Source of the DNA: an uncultured bacterium
Lineage (GTDB): Bacteria; Planctomycetota; UBA1135; GCA-002686595
Reading direction: 5' to 3'
NCBI GenBank assembly: GCA_943787795.1
Contig: CALSNU010000003.1
Coordinates: 416,001-480,000, forward strand
DNA length: 64,000 nucleotides
Numbering within the stretch: position 1 is the first letter of the stretch; every line of letters starts with the position of its first letter. The translations under genes were made by a program, and so were the position numbers. Shown here in pieces: positions 9,982 to 20,320 of the stretch. The notes under the pieces are model-generated. The model saw nothing but the letters and a program-made list of their open reading frames with translations. It was not told the origin of the DNA and did not search any database.

Positions 9982-11169
9982 ATGAGCAGCACCGCCCACC
10001 GATTCCTCTTCCGCCCTGGCTTCGCCGCGTGTCTCGCCCTCACGGCCGTGTTCGCCGTCAGCGGGTGTGGTCCCGGCGCGGCCGCCGAGATCGACGGGCG
10101 CCGCACGTCCGAGCGCCCCTCGCTACCGGTTCGGCCCGGCGCCACGGTCTCCCAGCGGCTGCCGCTGCGGGAGCGGCCCCCCGCCAATAGTGGCCGCCGC
10201 GCACCGGACCCCGCCCAGGGCAGCGCACCCAGCGGAGCGGAGCTGGCAGCCATGTTCGACTACGAGGTCCCGGCTGGCTGGGAGGAGTTGCCGCCGACTC
10301 AGTTCCGGATCATCAACCTGCTGGTTCCTGCGGAGCCTCAGCCCGCTCAGGTCTCGCTGACGATGCTGATGGGCGATGGGGGCGGCGTCAGGGCCAACAT
10401 CGATCGGTGGCGCCGGCAGGTGGGGCTCGCCCCGATGAGCCAGGACGAGTTCCTGGCACTCAAGGAGCGCACCATGTTCAACCAGCCGGCGACCTACGTG
10501 GAGCTGGAGGGGAGCTACGAGGGGATGGATGGCACTCGCATCGCCGAGGCGGGCCTCTTCGGCGCGGTCTTTGCGCGGGGACAATCCGCGCTGTTCGTCA
10601 AGATGACGGGACCCTCAGAGCTGCTGGGGGCCCAGCGGTCCGCGTTCCTCGGCTTCCTCGATAGCCTGGCGCTCGCCGATCCGTCCGGCGCAGGCGCAGG
10701 CGCAGGGTCTGCACCGGGCGGTGGCGCGGGGGCTCGCGCTGGCGCGCCCGAATCCTCCCTCGCCTGGGCGGCGCCCTACGGTTGGACCGAGGAGGCCGCG
10801 ACCAGCTCCTTCCGTGAGGTCACGTTCCGCAAGGGCGCGGTGGAGATGTACATCTCCGTGGCGCGGGGCGGCGTGCTGGCCAACATCAACCGCTGGGCCG
10901 GGCAGCTAGGCCTCGATCCCCTGGACCAGGCCGGTCTGGAGGCCCTCGAGACGACCTCGATGATGGGGCTCACCGCGACGGTCTTCGAGGGCGTCGGCGC
11001 GCTGCAGGGCATGCGCGACCCCGCGCCCAAGCCGGACCAGCGAATGCTCGCCGCGATCGCGGAGAGCGGCGGCGTCATCGTGACCCTCAAGGCGACTGGG
11101 CCTAGCGGGGATGTGGCGGCGATCCGAGACGACTTCCTCAGCCTCGCAGGCTCGATCAGCGCGCGCTGA
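9982..11169 (+). CDS. Putative lipoprotein with two tandem copies of an uncharacterised domain
   Basis: Lipobox-like AVSGC; duplicated PxGW..E....FR...ANI(D/N)RW..Q(V/L)GL.P motif; directly upstream of resB/ccsA. Confidence 0.75.
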   Translation: MSSTAHRFLFRPGFAACLALTAVFAVSGCGPGAAAEIDGRRTSERPSLPVRPGATVSQRLPLRERPPANSGRRAPDPAQGSAPSGAELAAMFDYEVPAGWEELPPTQFRIINLLVPAEPQPAQVSLTMLMGDGGGVRANIDRWRRQVGLAPMSQDEFLALKERTMFNQPATYVELEGSYEGMDGTRIAEAGLFGAVFARGQSALFVKMTGPSELLGAQRSAFLGFLDSLALADPSGAGAGAGSAPGGGAGARAGAPESSLAWAAPYGWTEEAATSSFREVTFRKGAVEMYISVARGGVLANINRWAGQLGLDPLDQAGLEALETTSMMGLTATVFEGVGALQGMRDPAPKPDQRMLAAIAESGGVIVTLKATGPSGDVAAIRDDFLSLAGSISAR

Positions 11170-11182
11170 ACCACGTGACTCC

Positions 11183-12400
11183 ATGGCAAAGAAACCCACG
11201 ACTCTGATCGGCAAGATCGTCGCTCCGCTCGGGTCCTTCTGGCTCGCGGTGGCGCTCCTGGTGAACCTGTTTCTCCTGACCTGGCTCGGCACCCTCGAGC
11301 AGGTCGAGAAGGGCATCCATCAGGTTCAGGAGGAGTACTTCGAGTCCTGGATCGTCTTCGCCAAGGCGGGGAAGCTGAGCCTGCTGCTGCCGGGCGGCTA
11401 CATCACCATGGGTCTCTTCACCCTCAACCTCCTCGTGGGAGGGATGGTGCGCATCCGCAAGTCCCGGCGGACAGTGGGGGTCATTATTGCCCACGTGGGC
11501 ATCGCGCTCATGATGCTCGGCGGGCTGGTCGAACACGCCACCAGCATCTACGGCCGGATCGCCCTCAAGGAGGGCGAGCAGGGCGCGAACTTCGAAGAGT
11601 ACTCCGGCTGGGAGCTCGTTCTCTGGGATGCCTCCCAGACGCGGGATGTCCAGGAGTTCACAATCTCAGAGGACAAGCTTGAGGGCCTCGATGGGGGCAC
11701 CCAGCGCGTCCTTGAGAGCGGAGATCTGCCCTTTCGGCTCGTGGCGACGCGCTACATGCGTAACTCGCTCCCGACCTCCATCTCGAGGATCCAGCCCGGC
11801 GACGAGATGGACGCGCCGGACTATGACGGCTTCTTCCTCGCCGAGCAGCGCCGCAGCAAGGAGGCCGAGGCCGATGTCCCCGGACTCTACCTCCGCGCCG
11901 AGACGTTGAACGGGCGGACCGTGGCCGAGTCCTTCATCTTCGGGCGGGACAAGCACCCGCTGACCTTTGAGGCAGGGGGCAAGGACTGGGCGGTCGCCCT
12001 CCGGCACCGGCGCCACTCCATGCCCTTCAGCCTACGCCTCGAGAAGTTCACCAAGGACGACCACCCGGGCATCGCCATGGCGCGTGCCTACTCGAGCTCC
12101 GTGATTCAAATCGACGAGGATGGCACCGAGGTCCCGGTGCTGATCGAGATGAACAAGCCGCTCCGTTCCGACGGGCTGATCATTTACCAGGCGAGCTACG
12201 GGCCTCCTGAGGGCGTCCCCGGTGAGCCGTACACCGTCCTGGCCGTCTCCCGCAACCCGAGCGACCGCATCCCGTGGATCTCGGTGGCGGTGATCGCCCT
12301 CGGTCTGATCTGGACCTTCCTCGACCGTCTCTTCCTCTTCCTGGGCAAGGAGCGCCGACGTTCCGCTCAGGCGGCCTCCGCCCAAGGTGACCCGCGATGA
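11183..12400 (+). CDS. ResB/Ccs1-like cytochrome c biogenesis protein
   Basis: LTWLGTLEQ, IIAHVGIALMMLGG (haem His), MPFSLRLEKF, YSSSV, IEMNKPLR, YQASY. Confidence 0.85.
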   Translation: MAKKPTTLIGKIVAPLGSFWLAVALLVNLFLLTWLGTLEQVEKGIHQVQEEYFESWIVFAKAGKLSLLLPGGYITMGLFTLNLLVGGMVRIRKSRRTVGVIIAHVGIALMMLGGLVEHATSIYGRIALKEGEQGANFEEYSGWELVLWDASQTRDVQEFTISEDKLEGLDGGTQRVLESGDLPFRLVATRYMRNSLPTSISRIQPGDEMDAPDYDGFFLAEQRRSKEAEADVPGLYLRAETLNGRTVAESFIFGRDKHPLTFEAGGKDWAVALRHRRHSMPFSLRLEKFTKDDHPGIAMARAYSSSVIQIDEDGTEVPVLIEMNKPLRSDGLIIYQASYGPPEGVPGEPYTVLAVSRNPSDRIPWISVAVIALGLIWTFLDRLFLFLGKERRRSAQAASAQGDPR

Positions 12401-14490
12401 CTTCCAAAGACAGCACTCTAAAGGGTCCTCCTGGCGCTCCGCGATGGGCCGCCGCGCGCTCGGCACTCCTGGCGACGCTGCTCCTCCTGATCGTAGGGCT
12501 GGCTGGCGCGGCCCCGGCGACGGCGCAGCGCAAGGTCGAGCGCGCCGACGTGGACGTGACGAGGACGCAGCCCTGGCCTGAGGCGGTGGTGGAGGCCTTC
12601 GGGCAGCTGCCGGTTCAGGACCGCGGCCGTGTGAAGCCGCTCTCGACGGTCGCGGGCTTCCGGATGCTGAACACCAACGGCAAGCGGAGCTTTGAGATCC
12701 CGGAGGGGTCAGGCCTCCCCACGGCGCCGGAGAAGCTTTCGCCGACGACGTGGTACCTCGACGCCATGTTCTTCCCCGAGCAGGCGCGCACCTACGAGGT
12801 CTTCCTCGTGGACGACAACGCGGTGCTGGAGGCCATGGGGCTGCGCTTCGAGGGACGTAAGCGGCGGGACCGCTACTCCTACAACCAGCTGTCGGCCGGG
12901 CGCGGGAAGATGGAGGAGCTCGCCAGGGTGGCCTTCGCCAAGGAGGGCGCGGAGCGGACGCGGGTCGAGACCCAGCTCATTGCGCTGCGGGAGAATCTCA
13001 TCCAGTACGAGGTGCTGGAGCTCACCTTCAGCGGGCTGGCTGCGCGGCTCGGTCCGGAGGCGCCCGCCGAGCTGATCGAGATTTACCCCGAGACCGCGGG
13101 CGGCGCGAGCATCGGGACCCAGGTGGTCCTCGATCGCTGGTCCGAGGCCCTTGATTGGCGGCAAGCCGCCGAGGGAGCTGCGGAGGGTGACGAGCGGGAC
13201 CGGGCCATCGCCCCGCTGTACAACAGCATCCTCCTCCTCATTGAGACGGCGGACTACAGCCTGGCGCTGTTCCCCTCCGAGGATGGCGAGGTGGAGAAGT
13301 GGCAGACCGCGGGCGAGCTGCTCGAGCGGAGGATGGATCCCGCGCAGCTGGACCCCACCGCCGAGGAGCTCGCGCTCTTCTCTGCCTATGCCGAGCTAGC
13401 TGGCGTCGAGAGCGACGTCAGCGTGATTGGCCCGGCGGTCCTGGCGGCCTTCGAGGCGGGCAAGGACGCCGCTGCGGGTCGGGGCGAGTTCGAGAAGATC
13501 CCGATGGAGGTCAGCTACTACAAGCGGGACTACTTCACGAAAGCGCTGGTCTTCTTCCTGCTGGGATTCCTGACCGTCGCCCTCTCCTGGCTTCGACCTG
13601 GTGGCGTTCTTCTGCCGCGTCTGACCTGGTTCTTCGTCGCCGGTGGCCTCGCCTCGGCGTCGGTCGGGGTCACCGTTCGCTGCCTGCTCCTTGAGCGGCC
13701 TCCGGTGGCCACGCTCTACGAGACGATCCTCTTCATCACCTCGATCGCGGTCCTCGTGTGCCTCGTCGCCGAGCGGCTCACCAAGGAGCGCGTCGCGCTG
13801 GCGCTCGGCGCGAGCCTGGGGGCCGCCGGGATGTTCCTGGCCATGCGCTATGAGGCCGTCGAGGCGGCCAGTCAGGGCGACACCATGGGGGGGCTGATCG
13901 CCGTCCTCAACACGAACTTCTGGCTCGCCACCCACGTCACGACCGTGACCATGGGCTACTCGGCGGGCCTGCTCGCCGCGGCGCTCGGCCATGTCTGGCT
14001 CGTCCTTCGGCTGGGCCGGGCGCTCAAGAACCGCGGACCTGAGCTCAGCCGTGAGCAATCCGACTGGTTCCGCCGCTTCGGTCGCATGACCTACGGGGTC
14101 CTGTGCTTCGGGCTCCTGTTCTCGGTGGTCGGGACCATCCTCGGCGGCGTCTGGGCCAACGACTCCTGGGGCCGCTTCTGGGGCTGGGACCCCAAGGAGA
14201 ACGGCGCCCTGATGATCGTCCTCTATGAGCTGGTCATCCTCCACGCGCGCATGGGGGGCTACATCAAGGATTTCGGCGTCGCCGTGCTGGCCGTGGTCGG
14301 CGGTTCGATCGTGGCCTTCTCATGGTTCCACGTGAACCAGCTCGGCGTCGGGCTTCACTCCTACGGCTTCACCGAGGGGGTCCTTGGCACCCTGTGGACC
14401 TATTACTACCTGGTCGCCGCCTTCGTCGCGGTCTCCCTGGGTGGGTGGTACCTCCTGGTTCGTCCCCGGCGTAACCTCGGGGCTGCATGA
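12397..14490 (+). CDS. ccsA: Cytochrome c biogenesis protein CcsA (system II) with large N-terminal soluble domain
   Basis: GRVKPL, PPVATLYET, WLATHVTTVTMGY, GGVWANDSWGRFWGWDPKENGAL (WWD motif), GLHSYGF. ATGA overlap with the resB-like gene. Confidence 0.93.
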   Translation: MTSKDSTLKGPPGAPRWAAARSALLATLLLLIVGLAGAAPATAQRKVERADVDVTRTQPWPEAVVEAFGQLPVQDRGRVKPLSTVAGFRMLNTNGKRSFEIPEGSGLPTAPEKLSPTTWYLDAMFFPEQARTYEVFLVDDNAVLEAMGLRFEGRKRRDRYSYNQLSAGRGKMEELARVAFAKEGAERTRVETQLIALRENLIQYEVLELTFSGLAARLGPEAPAELIEIYPETAGGASIGTQVVLDRWSEALDWRQAAEGAAEGDERDRAIAPLYNSILLLIETADYSLALFPSEDGEVEKWQTAGELLERRMDPAQLDPTAEELALFSAYAELAGVESDVSVIGPAVLAAFEAGKDAAAGRGEFEKIPMEVSYYKRDYFTKALVFFLLGFLTVALSWLRPGGVLLPRLTWFFVAGGLASASVGVTVRCLLLERPPVATLYETILFITSIAVLVCLVAERLTKERVALALGASLGAAGMFLAMRYEAVEAASQGDTMGGLIAVLNTNFWLATHVTTVTMGYSAGLLAAALGHVWLVLRLGRALKNRGPELSREQSDWFRRFGRMTYGVLCFGLLFSVVGTILGGVWANDSWGRFWGWDPKENGALMIVLYELVILHARMGGYIKDFGVAVLAVVGGSIVAFSWFHVNQLGVGLHSYGFTEGVLGTLWTYYYLVAAFVAVSLGGWYLLVRPRRNLGAA

Positions 14491-15380
14491 GCCAAGACTC
14501 CAACGCCTCGTCCGCCACAAGCGGCGCCCAGATCCTCGACGGTAAGGCCACCGCGGCGGCGGTCCGCGCGGACGTGGCCGCGGGGGTGGACGCCCTCGTC
14601 GCCGGCGGCGGCCGCCAGCCCGGCCTGACCGTGGTGTTGGTGGGAGAGGATCCCCCGAGCCAGGTCTACGTCCGCTCCAAGGACCGGGCAGCCACCGAGG
14701 CGGGCTTCCGTGTCGAGACCGTGCGCATGGCGGCCGACAGCCAGCAGGCGGACGTCGAGGCGACGGTTCGCCGGCTTAACGGAGACGACGGAGTGGACGG
14801 GATCCTGGTGCAGCTGCCGCTGCCCAAGGGGCTCGACGCAGACGCGGTGACCGAGCTGATCGATCCGGCCAAGGATGTGGACGGGCTGACCAAGGACAAC
14901 ATCGCCCGGCTCGTGCTGGGGCAGGACGGCCTCGTTCCTTGCACCCCGGCGGGCTGCATCGAGATCTGTGACCGTCACGGCATCTCGCTCTCGGGCAAGG
15001 ACGTGGTCGTGATCGGCCGCTCGCACCTCGTGGGCAAGCCCTTCGCTCAGCTTGCGCTGGCGAGGAACGCGACGGTGACCATCTGCCATAGCCGCACGCG
15101 AGACCTGGAGGCTCACTGCCGGGCCGCTGACGTGGTCGTGGCGGCCGTGGGGGTGACCGAGCTCGTGAAGGGCTCGTGGCTCAAGGAGGGGGCCGTGGTC
15201 CTCGACGTGGGCATCAACCGCGGCGACGACGGCAAGCTCCGCGGGGACGTGGAGTTCGAGACCGCCAGGCAGCGTGCTTCGGCCATCACGCCCGTCCCTG
15301 GCGGCGTCGGACCCATGACGATCGCCATGCTCCTCGCGAACACGCTGGAGACCTCGCGGCGCCGTCAGGGCCGCGCCTGA
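14487..15380 (+). CDS. folD: Methylenetetrahydrofolate dehydrogenase/cyclohydrolase
   Basis: ILDGK, YVRSK, GILVQLPLP, KDVDG, PCTPAG, GRSHLVGKP, TPVPGGVGPMTIAML. Confidence 0.97.
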   Translation: MSQDSNASSATSGAQILDGKATAAAVRADVAAGVDALVAGGGRQPGLTVVLVGEDPPSQVYVRSKDRAATEAGFRVETVRMAADSQQADVEATVRRLNGDDGVDGILVQLPLPKGLDADAVTELIDPAKDVDGLTKDNIARLVLGQDGLVPCTPAGCIEICDRHGISLSGKDVVVIGRSHLVGKPFAQLALARNATVTICHSRTRDLEAHCRAADVVVAAVGVTELVKGSWLKEGAVVLDVGINRGDDGKLRGDVEFETARQRASAITPVPGGVGPMTIAMLLANTLETSRRRQGRA

Positions 15381-15407
15381 GCCCGGCTCTCGCCGTCTGA
15401 TCCAGGG

Positions 15408-16256
15408 ATGACGAACTACGACGACGGGTACGGCCAGCCACGGCCGCAGGTGTCTCTCCCGCCGCTCACCCCCTGGGTGCGGCGGCTCATGATCGCGAAC
15501 GTGACGGTGTTCGTGTTCCTCGCGGTGGTGGGGCTCGGTTCGCTGGACCTGCAGAACTCCTTCCTGGACTTCTTCGGGCTCGACCCCGACATGTGGCAGG
15601 CGTACATCCCCGCGGTGTGGCAGCTGGGCACCTACGCCTTCCTGCATGACATGGGGGGGCTCGGGCACCTGCTGTTCAACATGCTGGTGCTCTACTTCTT
15701 CGGCACCATGCTGGAGGGGATCATCGGCGGCCGGCGCTTCATCACGCACTACATGGGCGCGGCGGTGGCTGGCGCCACGCTGCACCTTGTCGTCGAGCTG
15801 GCGAAGGGGCAGGCCACTTACCTGCCCGCCATTGGCGCCTCTGGCGCCGTCATGGGCGTGGTGGTCGCAACAGCCACGCTCAGGCCCCACACGCAGGTCC
15901 TGTTCATCTTCATTCCGGTGAAGCTGTGGGTCATGGCGGCGCTCTACGTGGCGTCCGACCTCTACCCGCTGATCCTCCAGCTCTCAGGGGCGGGCTCTTC
16001 CGGAAATGTCGCCCACCTGATCCACCTCGGCGGCGCCCTCTACGGGTTCCTTGGTGCGCGCTACGGGTGGATCATGAAGGACCCAGTCGCGGGGCTGGAG
16101 CGCAAGCGAGCCGTGGCGGCGGCGGAGCGGAGCCTGGGCGACCGGCAGCGCCTGGACGCCCTGCTCGAGAAGATCAACCGTGAGGGCATTGGCTCCCTCA
16201 GCCGCGCCGAGAGGGCTTTCCTCAAGAAGGCCTCCGAGCGCGGTCGGCCCAGCTAG
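15408..16256 (+). CDS. Rhomboid-family intramembrane serine protease
   Basis: WQLGTYAFLH, HLLFNML, IGASGAV (catalytic Ser), AHLIHLGG (catalytic His), C-terminal LDALLEKINREGIGSLS. Confidence 0.93.
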   Translation: MTNYDDGYGQPRPQVSLPPLTPWVRRLMIANVTVFVFLAVVGLGSLDLQNSFLDFFGLDPDMWQAYIPAVWQLGTYAFLHDMGGLGHLLFNMLVLYFFGTMLEGIIGGRRFITHYMGAAVAGATLHLVVELAKGQATYLPAIGASGAVMGVVVATATLRPHTQVLFIFIPVKLWVMAALYVASDLYPLILQLSGAGSSGNVAHLIHLGGALYGFLGARYGWIMKDPVAGLERKRAVAAAERSLGDRQRLDALLEKINREGIGSLSRAERAFLKKASERGRPS

Positions 16257-16462
16257 CTCCCCGTGTCTCCTGGGGCCCGGGAGGGATGCGGCCCCTGGGG
16301 ATCTCGGGCTCGCTGCGACGGCTCAGGACCCCATGGCCCCGGGCCACGGCGTCGATGCACCCGGATCCGTCGTTGGAGTGGTCCTCGAGGTGCAACGCGC
16401 CGAGCGTGCGCCGCTACCATAAGCGGGCCCGACGGCCCTCTCCTGAGCCCTTTGATCACGCC

Positions 16463-18478
16463 ATGGCACGCCTCCCCATCCTCGCGCTCTTCGCCCTTCT
16501 CTGCAGCTTCCTGTTCGCGGCCCCTGCGGTCGCGCAGGACAAGAACACCCAGTTCCGTCTCGAGTTTGACAAGGCCGCCAAGATCGGCTCCAAGTCGAAG
16601 ATGGACAGCCTGATGAGGGACGGGATGGACGAGGGTGTGTTCTGCATCCTCAACACCGCGATGCTCATCTCCAACTCGCCCAACGACGTGCTCTATGAGC
16701 GCTTCGAGGCGTTGAGCGGTTCGTGGACTCGATGCTTCGAGAGCAACTTCCCGTCGAAGATGGAGCGCTTCTGGGCGAAGCTCGATGCCAACCAGAAGCG
16801 CAACCGATACACCCAGAAGCAGAAGTTCGACAAGGTCAATCGCGAGCAGGCGGAGGCTAACGCGGCGAAGGACAAGAAGGCGCTCCTGCGCATCGCCGAT
16901 GAGTACGAGTCCCTCGTCAAGGGGTTCGAGGAGCTCGGCGACCGGTGGATGGTGGGGCAGTGCTACATCGGGCTGGCGACGGCGCTCGAGGAGACGTACC
17001 ACGGCAAGAAGGCCGACCTCCGCCGCGTGGCCGCCGGCTACGCACGCTTCATCGCGATCCGAGAGGACCTTGGCGTGAAGGACCGCACCTTCAAGCAGAG
17101 CGCTCCCCGCCTGAAGTCACTGGAGGCGCTCGGGTTCGGGGGCGGAGGCGAGAGCGGAGGCTCCGGCGGCTCTGGCGGCGGCGCTGCAGCGGCTCCGGCG
17201 GGACCCAAGTCCACGGGCGCAGCGGTGACCGCCAAGCTGGCCTTCGAGGCCTTCAAGGCCGTGAAGGACACGCAGCGTCCCAACTACTATCTGGATGAGC
17301 ACCGCCAGATCTGGCCGACGGTCGTGCTGCAGGGTAAGGGCTCCACGGGCAAGTTTGTCCGGGTCGCCGATAGCCCGACCATGACCCGCGCGGCCTCCAG
17401 CAAGGTCACGATCGAGGGGGGCGGTGTCGACGACACGTGGCCCCTTCGCGGCAAGCTCGAGCCCGTGACGTTCGAGCTGGGCACGGGGCCCTCCAAGCGC
17501 CGCTGGGCCGTGCTCTGCGACATGGGGCGAGAGGTGGACTACTACCAGGGCATCACCATGAACCTGGGGATGACCGACACCTCCCTGAGCCTCTACTTCT
17601 TGCCGGGCGGGGCGATGGAGGGTGAGGTCGCCGGTGAGAAGGTCGAGATCGTCGACGACAACTTCGACGGGATCTACGGCTCGCTCCCGCAGAGCTGGGA
17701 GCACTTCGGCATCGTCAAGGGCGCGTTCCAGCCGGAGTTCGACTCGATCCGCGTTGGCGGAGCCAAGAAGGCGCAGCCCTTCTCGGAGTACGTCAACCTC
17801 GGGGGCGCAGGGTGGCACAAGCTCGAGGCGCTCAACGGCGGCGTCGAGCTCAAGGCGCAACCCTTCGAGTTCAAGACGGGCACGGTGCAGCTGAAGTCCA
17901 AGGGGCTGAAGCCCGACTATTACGTGCTCAAGGGGGTCGGCAAGGACCTGGAGAACACCTACATCGACGTCTCCGGCGGCAAGAAGGTCGAGGTCCCGAT
18001 CGGCCGCTGGGAGCTCTGCTTCGGGCTGGTTCGCAAGGGCAAGAAGATGCAGATGATGAAGGCCGTCATCCTTCCGACGGAGAACATGGGCGTCTACGAC
18101 GTGCTCGAGGGCAAGAACGTCGTGGTGGCGACGGGCTCCCCCTTCACCTTCGACTACGAGTACGAGGCCTCCAGCAGCGGGGTGACCGTGGACGGCACCT
18201 CGGTTCGGGTGATCGGTGTCGGTGGGGAGTCCTACGAGCGCATCTACGGCGCCGTTCCGGTGCCCGAGGCGGCGGTTCGAAAGCAGGGCGGGAAGCGCGC
18301 TGCGGTGACCGAGAAGCTGAAGCCTGCCCTCGATCAGGACGGCGTGCAGAAGCACGGTTGGGCGGCCCTTTGGAAGCCGCTCACCAAGGAGATCCCCGCC
18401 AGGGTCGGGGACGCAGAAGTGCAGCTGTCGGAGAAGAAGAATCGGCTCTTCGGCAAGATCACATCCGACTGGCAGTGA
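16463..18478 (+). CDS. Large secreted hypothetical protein
   Basis: Signal peptide MARLPILALFALLCSFLFAAPAVAQ; helical N-part, Gly/Ser linker, beta-rich C-part with DDNFDG (possible Ca-binding). Confidence 0.8.
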   Translation: MARLPILALFALLCSFLFAAPAVAQDKNTQFRLEFDKAAKIGSKSKMDSLMRDGMDEGVFCILNTAMLISNSPNDVLYERFEALSGSWTRCFESNFPSKMERFWAKLDANQKRNRYTQKQKFDKVNREQAEANAAKDKKALLRIADEYESLVKGFEELGDRWMVGQCYIGLATALEETYHGKKADLRRVAAGYARFIAIREDLGVKDRTFKQSAPRLKSLEALGFGGGGESGGSGGSGGGAAAAPAGPKSTGAAVTAKLAFEAFKAVKDTQRPNYYLDEHRQIWPTVVLQGKGSTGKFVRVADSPTMTRAASSKVTIEGGGVDDTWPLRGKLEPVTFELGTGPSKRRWAVLCDMGREVDYYQGITMNLGMTDTSLSLYFLPGGAMEGEVAGEKVEIVDDNFDGIYGSLPQSWEHFGIVKGAFQPEFDSIRVGGAKKAQPFSEYVNLGGAGWHKLEALNGGVELKAQPFEFKTGTVQLKSKGLKPDYYVLKGVGKDLENTYIDVSGGKKVEVPIGRWELCFGLVRKGKKMQMMKAVILPTENMGVYDVLEGKNVVVATGSPFTFDYEYEASSSGVTVDGTSVRVIGVGGESYERIYGAVPVPEAAVRKQGGKRAAVTEKLKPALDQDGVQKHGWAALWKPLTKEIPARVGDAEVQLSEKKNRLFGKITSDWQ

Positions 18479-18572
18479 TGATGTGTCGGCGTGCGCCCGA
18501 TCCGGCGGCACCCTGTCACCCCCTCCCTCACCCTGACCCCATGCGACCCGCCCCTGGTGGCGGGCTCCCGAC

Positions 18573-19853
18573 GTGCTGGACCTGAAATTCATCGTCAACA
18601 ACCCCGACGTCGTGAAGGCGGGGGCCGCCAAGAAGCACATCCCGTGCGACGTGGACGAGATCCTGCGGCTCGACGCCGAGCGCAGGGAGCTGGTAGGGCA
18701 GGTCGACGAGGCGCGCTCGCGGTCCAAGGCCGCGGGCAAGACCATCGCGAGCGCGACGCCGGAGGAGCGTCCGGCGCTGGTGGAGGCTCAGGCCCACGGG
18801 AAGGCCGCGCTGAAGGCCATGGAGGCGCGCCAGAAGGAGGTCGTCGAGGCCCTCGACGCCCTGCTCCTGCTCGTGCCGAACGTCCCCGCTGAGGCGGTGC
18901 CGGAGGGCGGAACAGACGAGGACAACGTGGAGATCAAGCGCTGGGGGGAGCCCAAGACGTTCGGCTTCACGCCGCGCTCCCACAGCGAGCTAGGAGAGGC
19001 GCACAACTGGATCGACTCCGTGCGTGGCGCCCGCCTCTCCGGAAGCCGGAACTACGTTCTGCTGGGGGACATGTCGCTCCTCGAGCACGCCGTCATGCGC
19101 TTCGCGTTCGACTCCATGGTGGCCCGCGGCTTCACGCCTCTCTCGGTCCCCACCCTGGTGCGGAGCGAGACCATGGTGGGGACGGGGTACTTTCCGGGCG
19201 GGGAGGATCAGGCCTATCGCTGCGATGAGCGGGATGACCTCTGCCTGGTGGGCACGGCGGAGGTTCCGGTGACGGCGCTCTACCAGGACGAGATCCTGGA
19301 CGGGGCTGACCTGCCGCTGAAGTTCGTCGCCCAGTCGAGCTGCTATCGCCGCGAGGCGGGGACCTACGGCAAGGACACCAAGGGGCTCTATCGCGTGCAT
19401 CAGTTTCAGAAGGTGGAGCAGGTGGTCATCGACGCCGCCAGCGGGGAGGGGAGCCTCGCGCACCACGAGGCGATCCTCGGCAACTCCGAGGCGGTCCTCC
19501 AGGCGCTGGATCTGCCGTATCGGGTCGTCAACGTCTGCGGCGGCGATCTGGGGCAGCCCCAGATCCAGAAGTTCGACATCGAGACCTGGATGCCGTCCAG
19601 GGAGAGCTACGGGGAGACCCACAGCGCGTCGCGCTTCCATGACTTCCAGGCCCGCCGGCTCGGGCTCCGATACCGGGACGCGGAGGGCAAGGTGCGCCAT
19701 TGCCACACGCTCAACAACACCGTCGCGGCCTCGACCCGGATGCTCATCGCGCTGGTGGAGAACCACCAGAACGAGGACGGAACCGTGACGATTCCGGAGC
19801 CGCTGCGAGCCTACCTCGGCGGCCGCGAGGTGCTCGGGGCACCGCTGGGCTGA
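18573..19853 (+). CDS. serS: Serine--tRNA ligase
   Basis: MLDLKFI, GTAEVP, YRREAG, GLYRVHQFQKVEQ, ETHSAS, HTLNNT, ENHQNEDG. Confidence 0.98.
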   Translation: MLDLKFIVNNPDVVKAGAAKKHIPCDVDEILRLDAERRELVGQVDEARSRSKAAGKTIASATPEERPALVEAQAHGKAALKAMEARQKEVVEALDALLLLVPNVPAEAVPEGGTDEDNVEIKRWGEPKTFGFTPRSHSELGEAHNWIDSVRGARLSGSRNYVLLGDMSLLEHAVMRFAFDSMVARGFTPLSVPTLVRSETMVGTGYFPGGEDQAYRCDERDDLCLVGTAEVPVTALYQDEILDGADLPLKFVAQSSCYRREAGTYGKDTKGLYRVHQFQKVEQVVIDAASGEGSLAHHEAILGNSEAVLQALDLPYRVVNVCGGDLGQPQIQKFDIETWMPSRESYGETHSASRFHDFQARRLGLRYRDAEGKVRHCHTLNNTVAASTRMLIALVENHQNEDGTVTIPEPLRAYLGGREVLGAPLG

Positions 19854-19928
19854 CCGTGCAGTGCGGCGTCGGTGGACGCCGCTCTTCGGCGGGGCGCCCG
19901 GCGGCGCGGCAGAGCCGTGTAAGGCCCT

Positions 19929-20026
19929 GACTCCGTGGGCCCGATTCAATGGGCCGGGCTCAGTGGATCTGACTCAGTGGATCTGACTCAGTGGATCGGG
20001 CTCAGTGGATCTGGCTCAGCGGCGCT
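19929..20026. repeat. Degenerate 14-bp tandem repeat (core G[A/G]CTCAGTGGATCT), about 7 copies
   Basis: gactccgtgggccc/gattcaatgggccg/ggctcagtggatct/gactcagtggatct/gactcagtggatcg/ggctcagtggatct/ggctcagcggcgct, in the convergent serS-gspJ spacer. Confidence 0.85.
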
Positions 20027-20320
20027 GGCCCCCGGGCCCTGGCTCTTCCGACGGCCCCAGTCGGGTCTCGAGGTGGCCTCGGCGCGACGCTGAGGGCTGC
20101 TTCGTGGCCCCTCCTCCCTGAGCCGGACTTGCGGCACTTGAGGTGCTGACCGTACTTGCAGCGCCATGGCTCAGGCACCCACTGAGCGCCCTCTGCACCT
20201 CGGGACCCCACTGCAATGGGCGACTGGAGACTGAGGAGACGGAAGAGCCGGAAGCGGGATGACGTTCACGACCACCCTCTCGGAGCCATACGGCTGCGTT
20301 GGGCTGCCGCGGTGTCGGCG

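Noticed and set aside
19929..20026. Possible CRISPR array (also considered for 31237-31300 and 53382-53546)
   Set aside because: Units are 14-16 bp and directly adjacent with no unique spacers, and no cas genes are present. These are simple tandem repeats.
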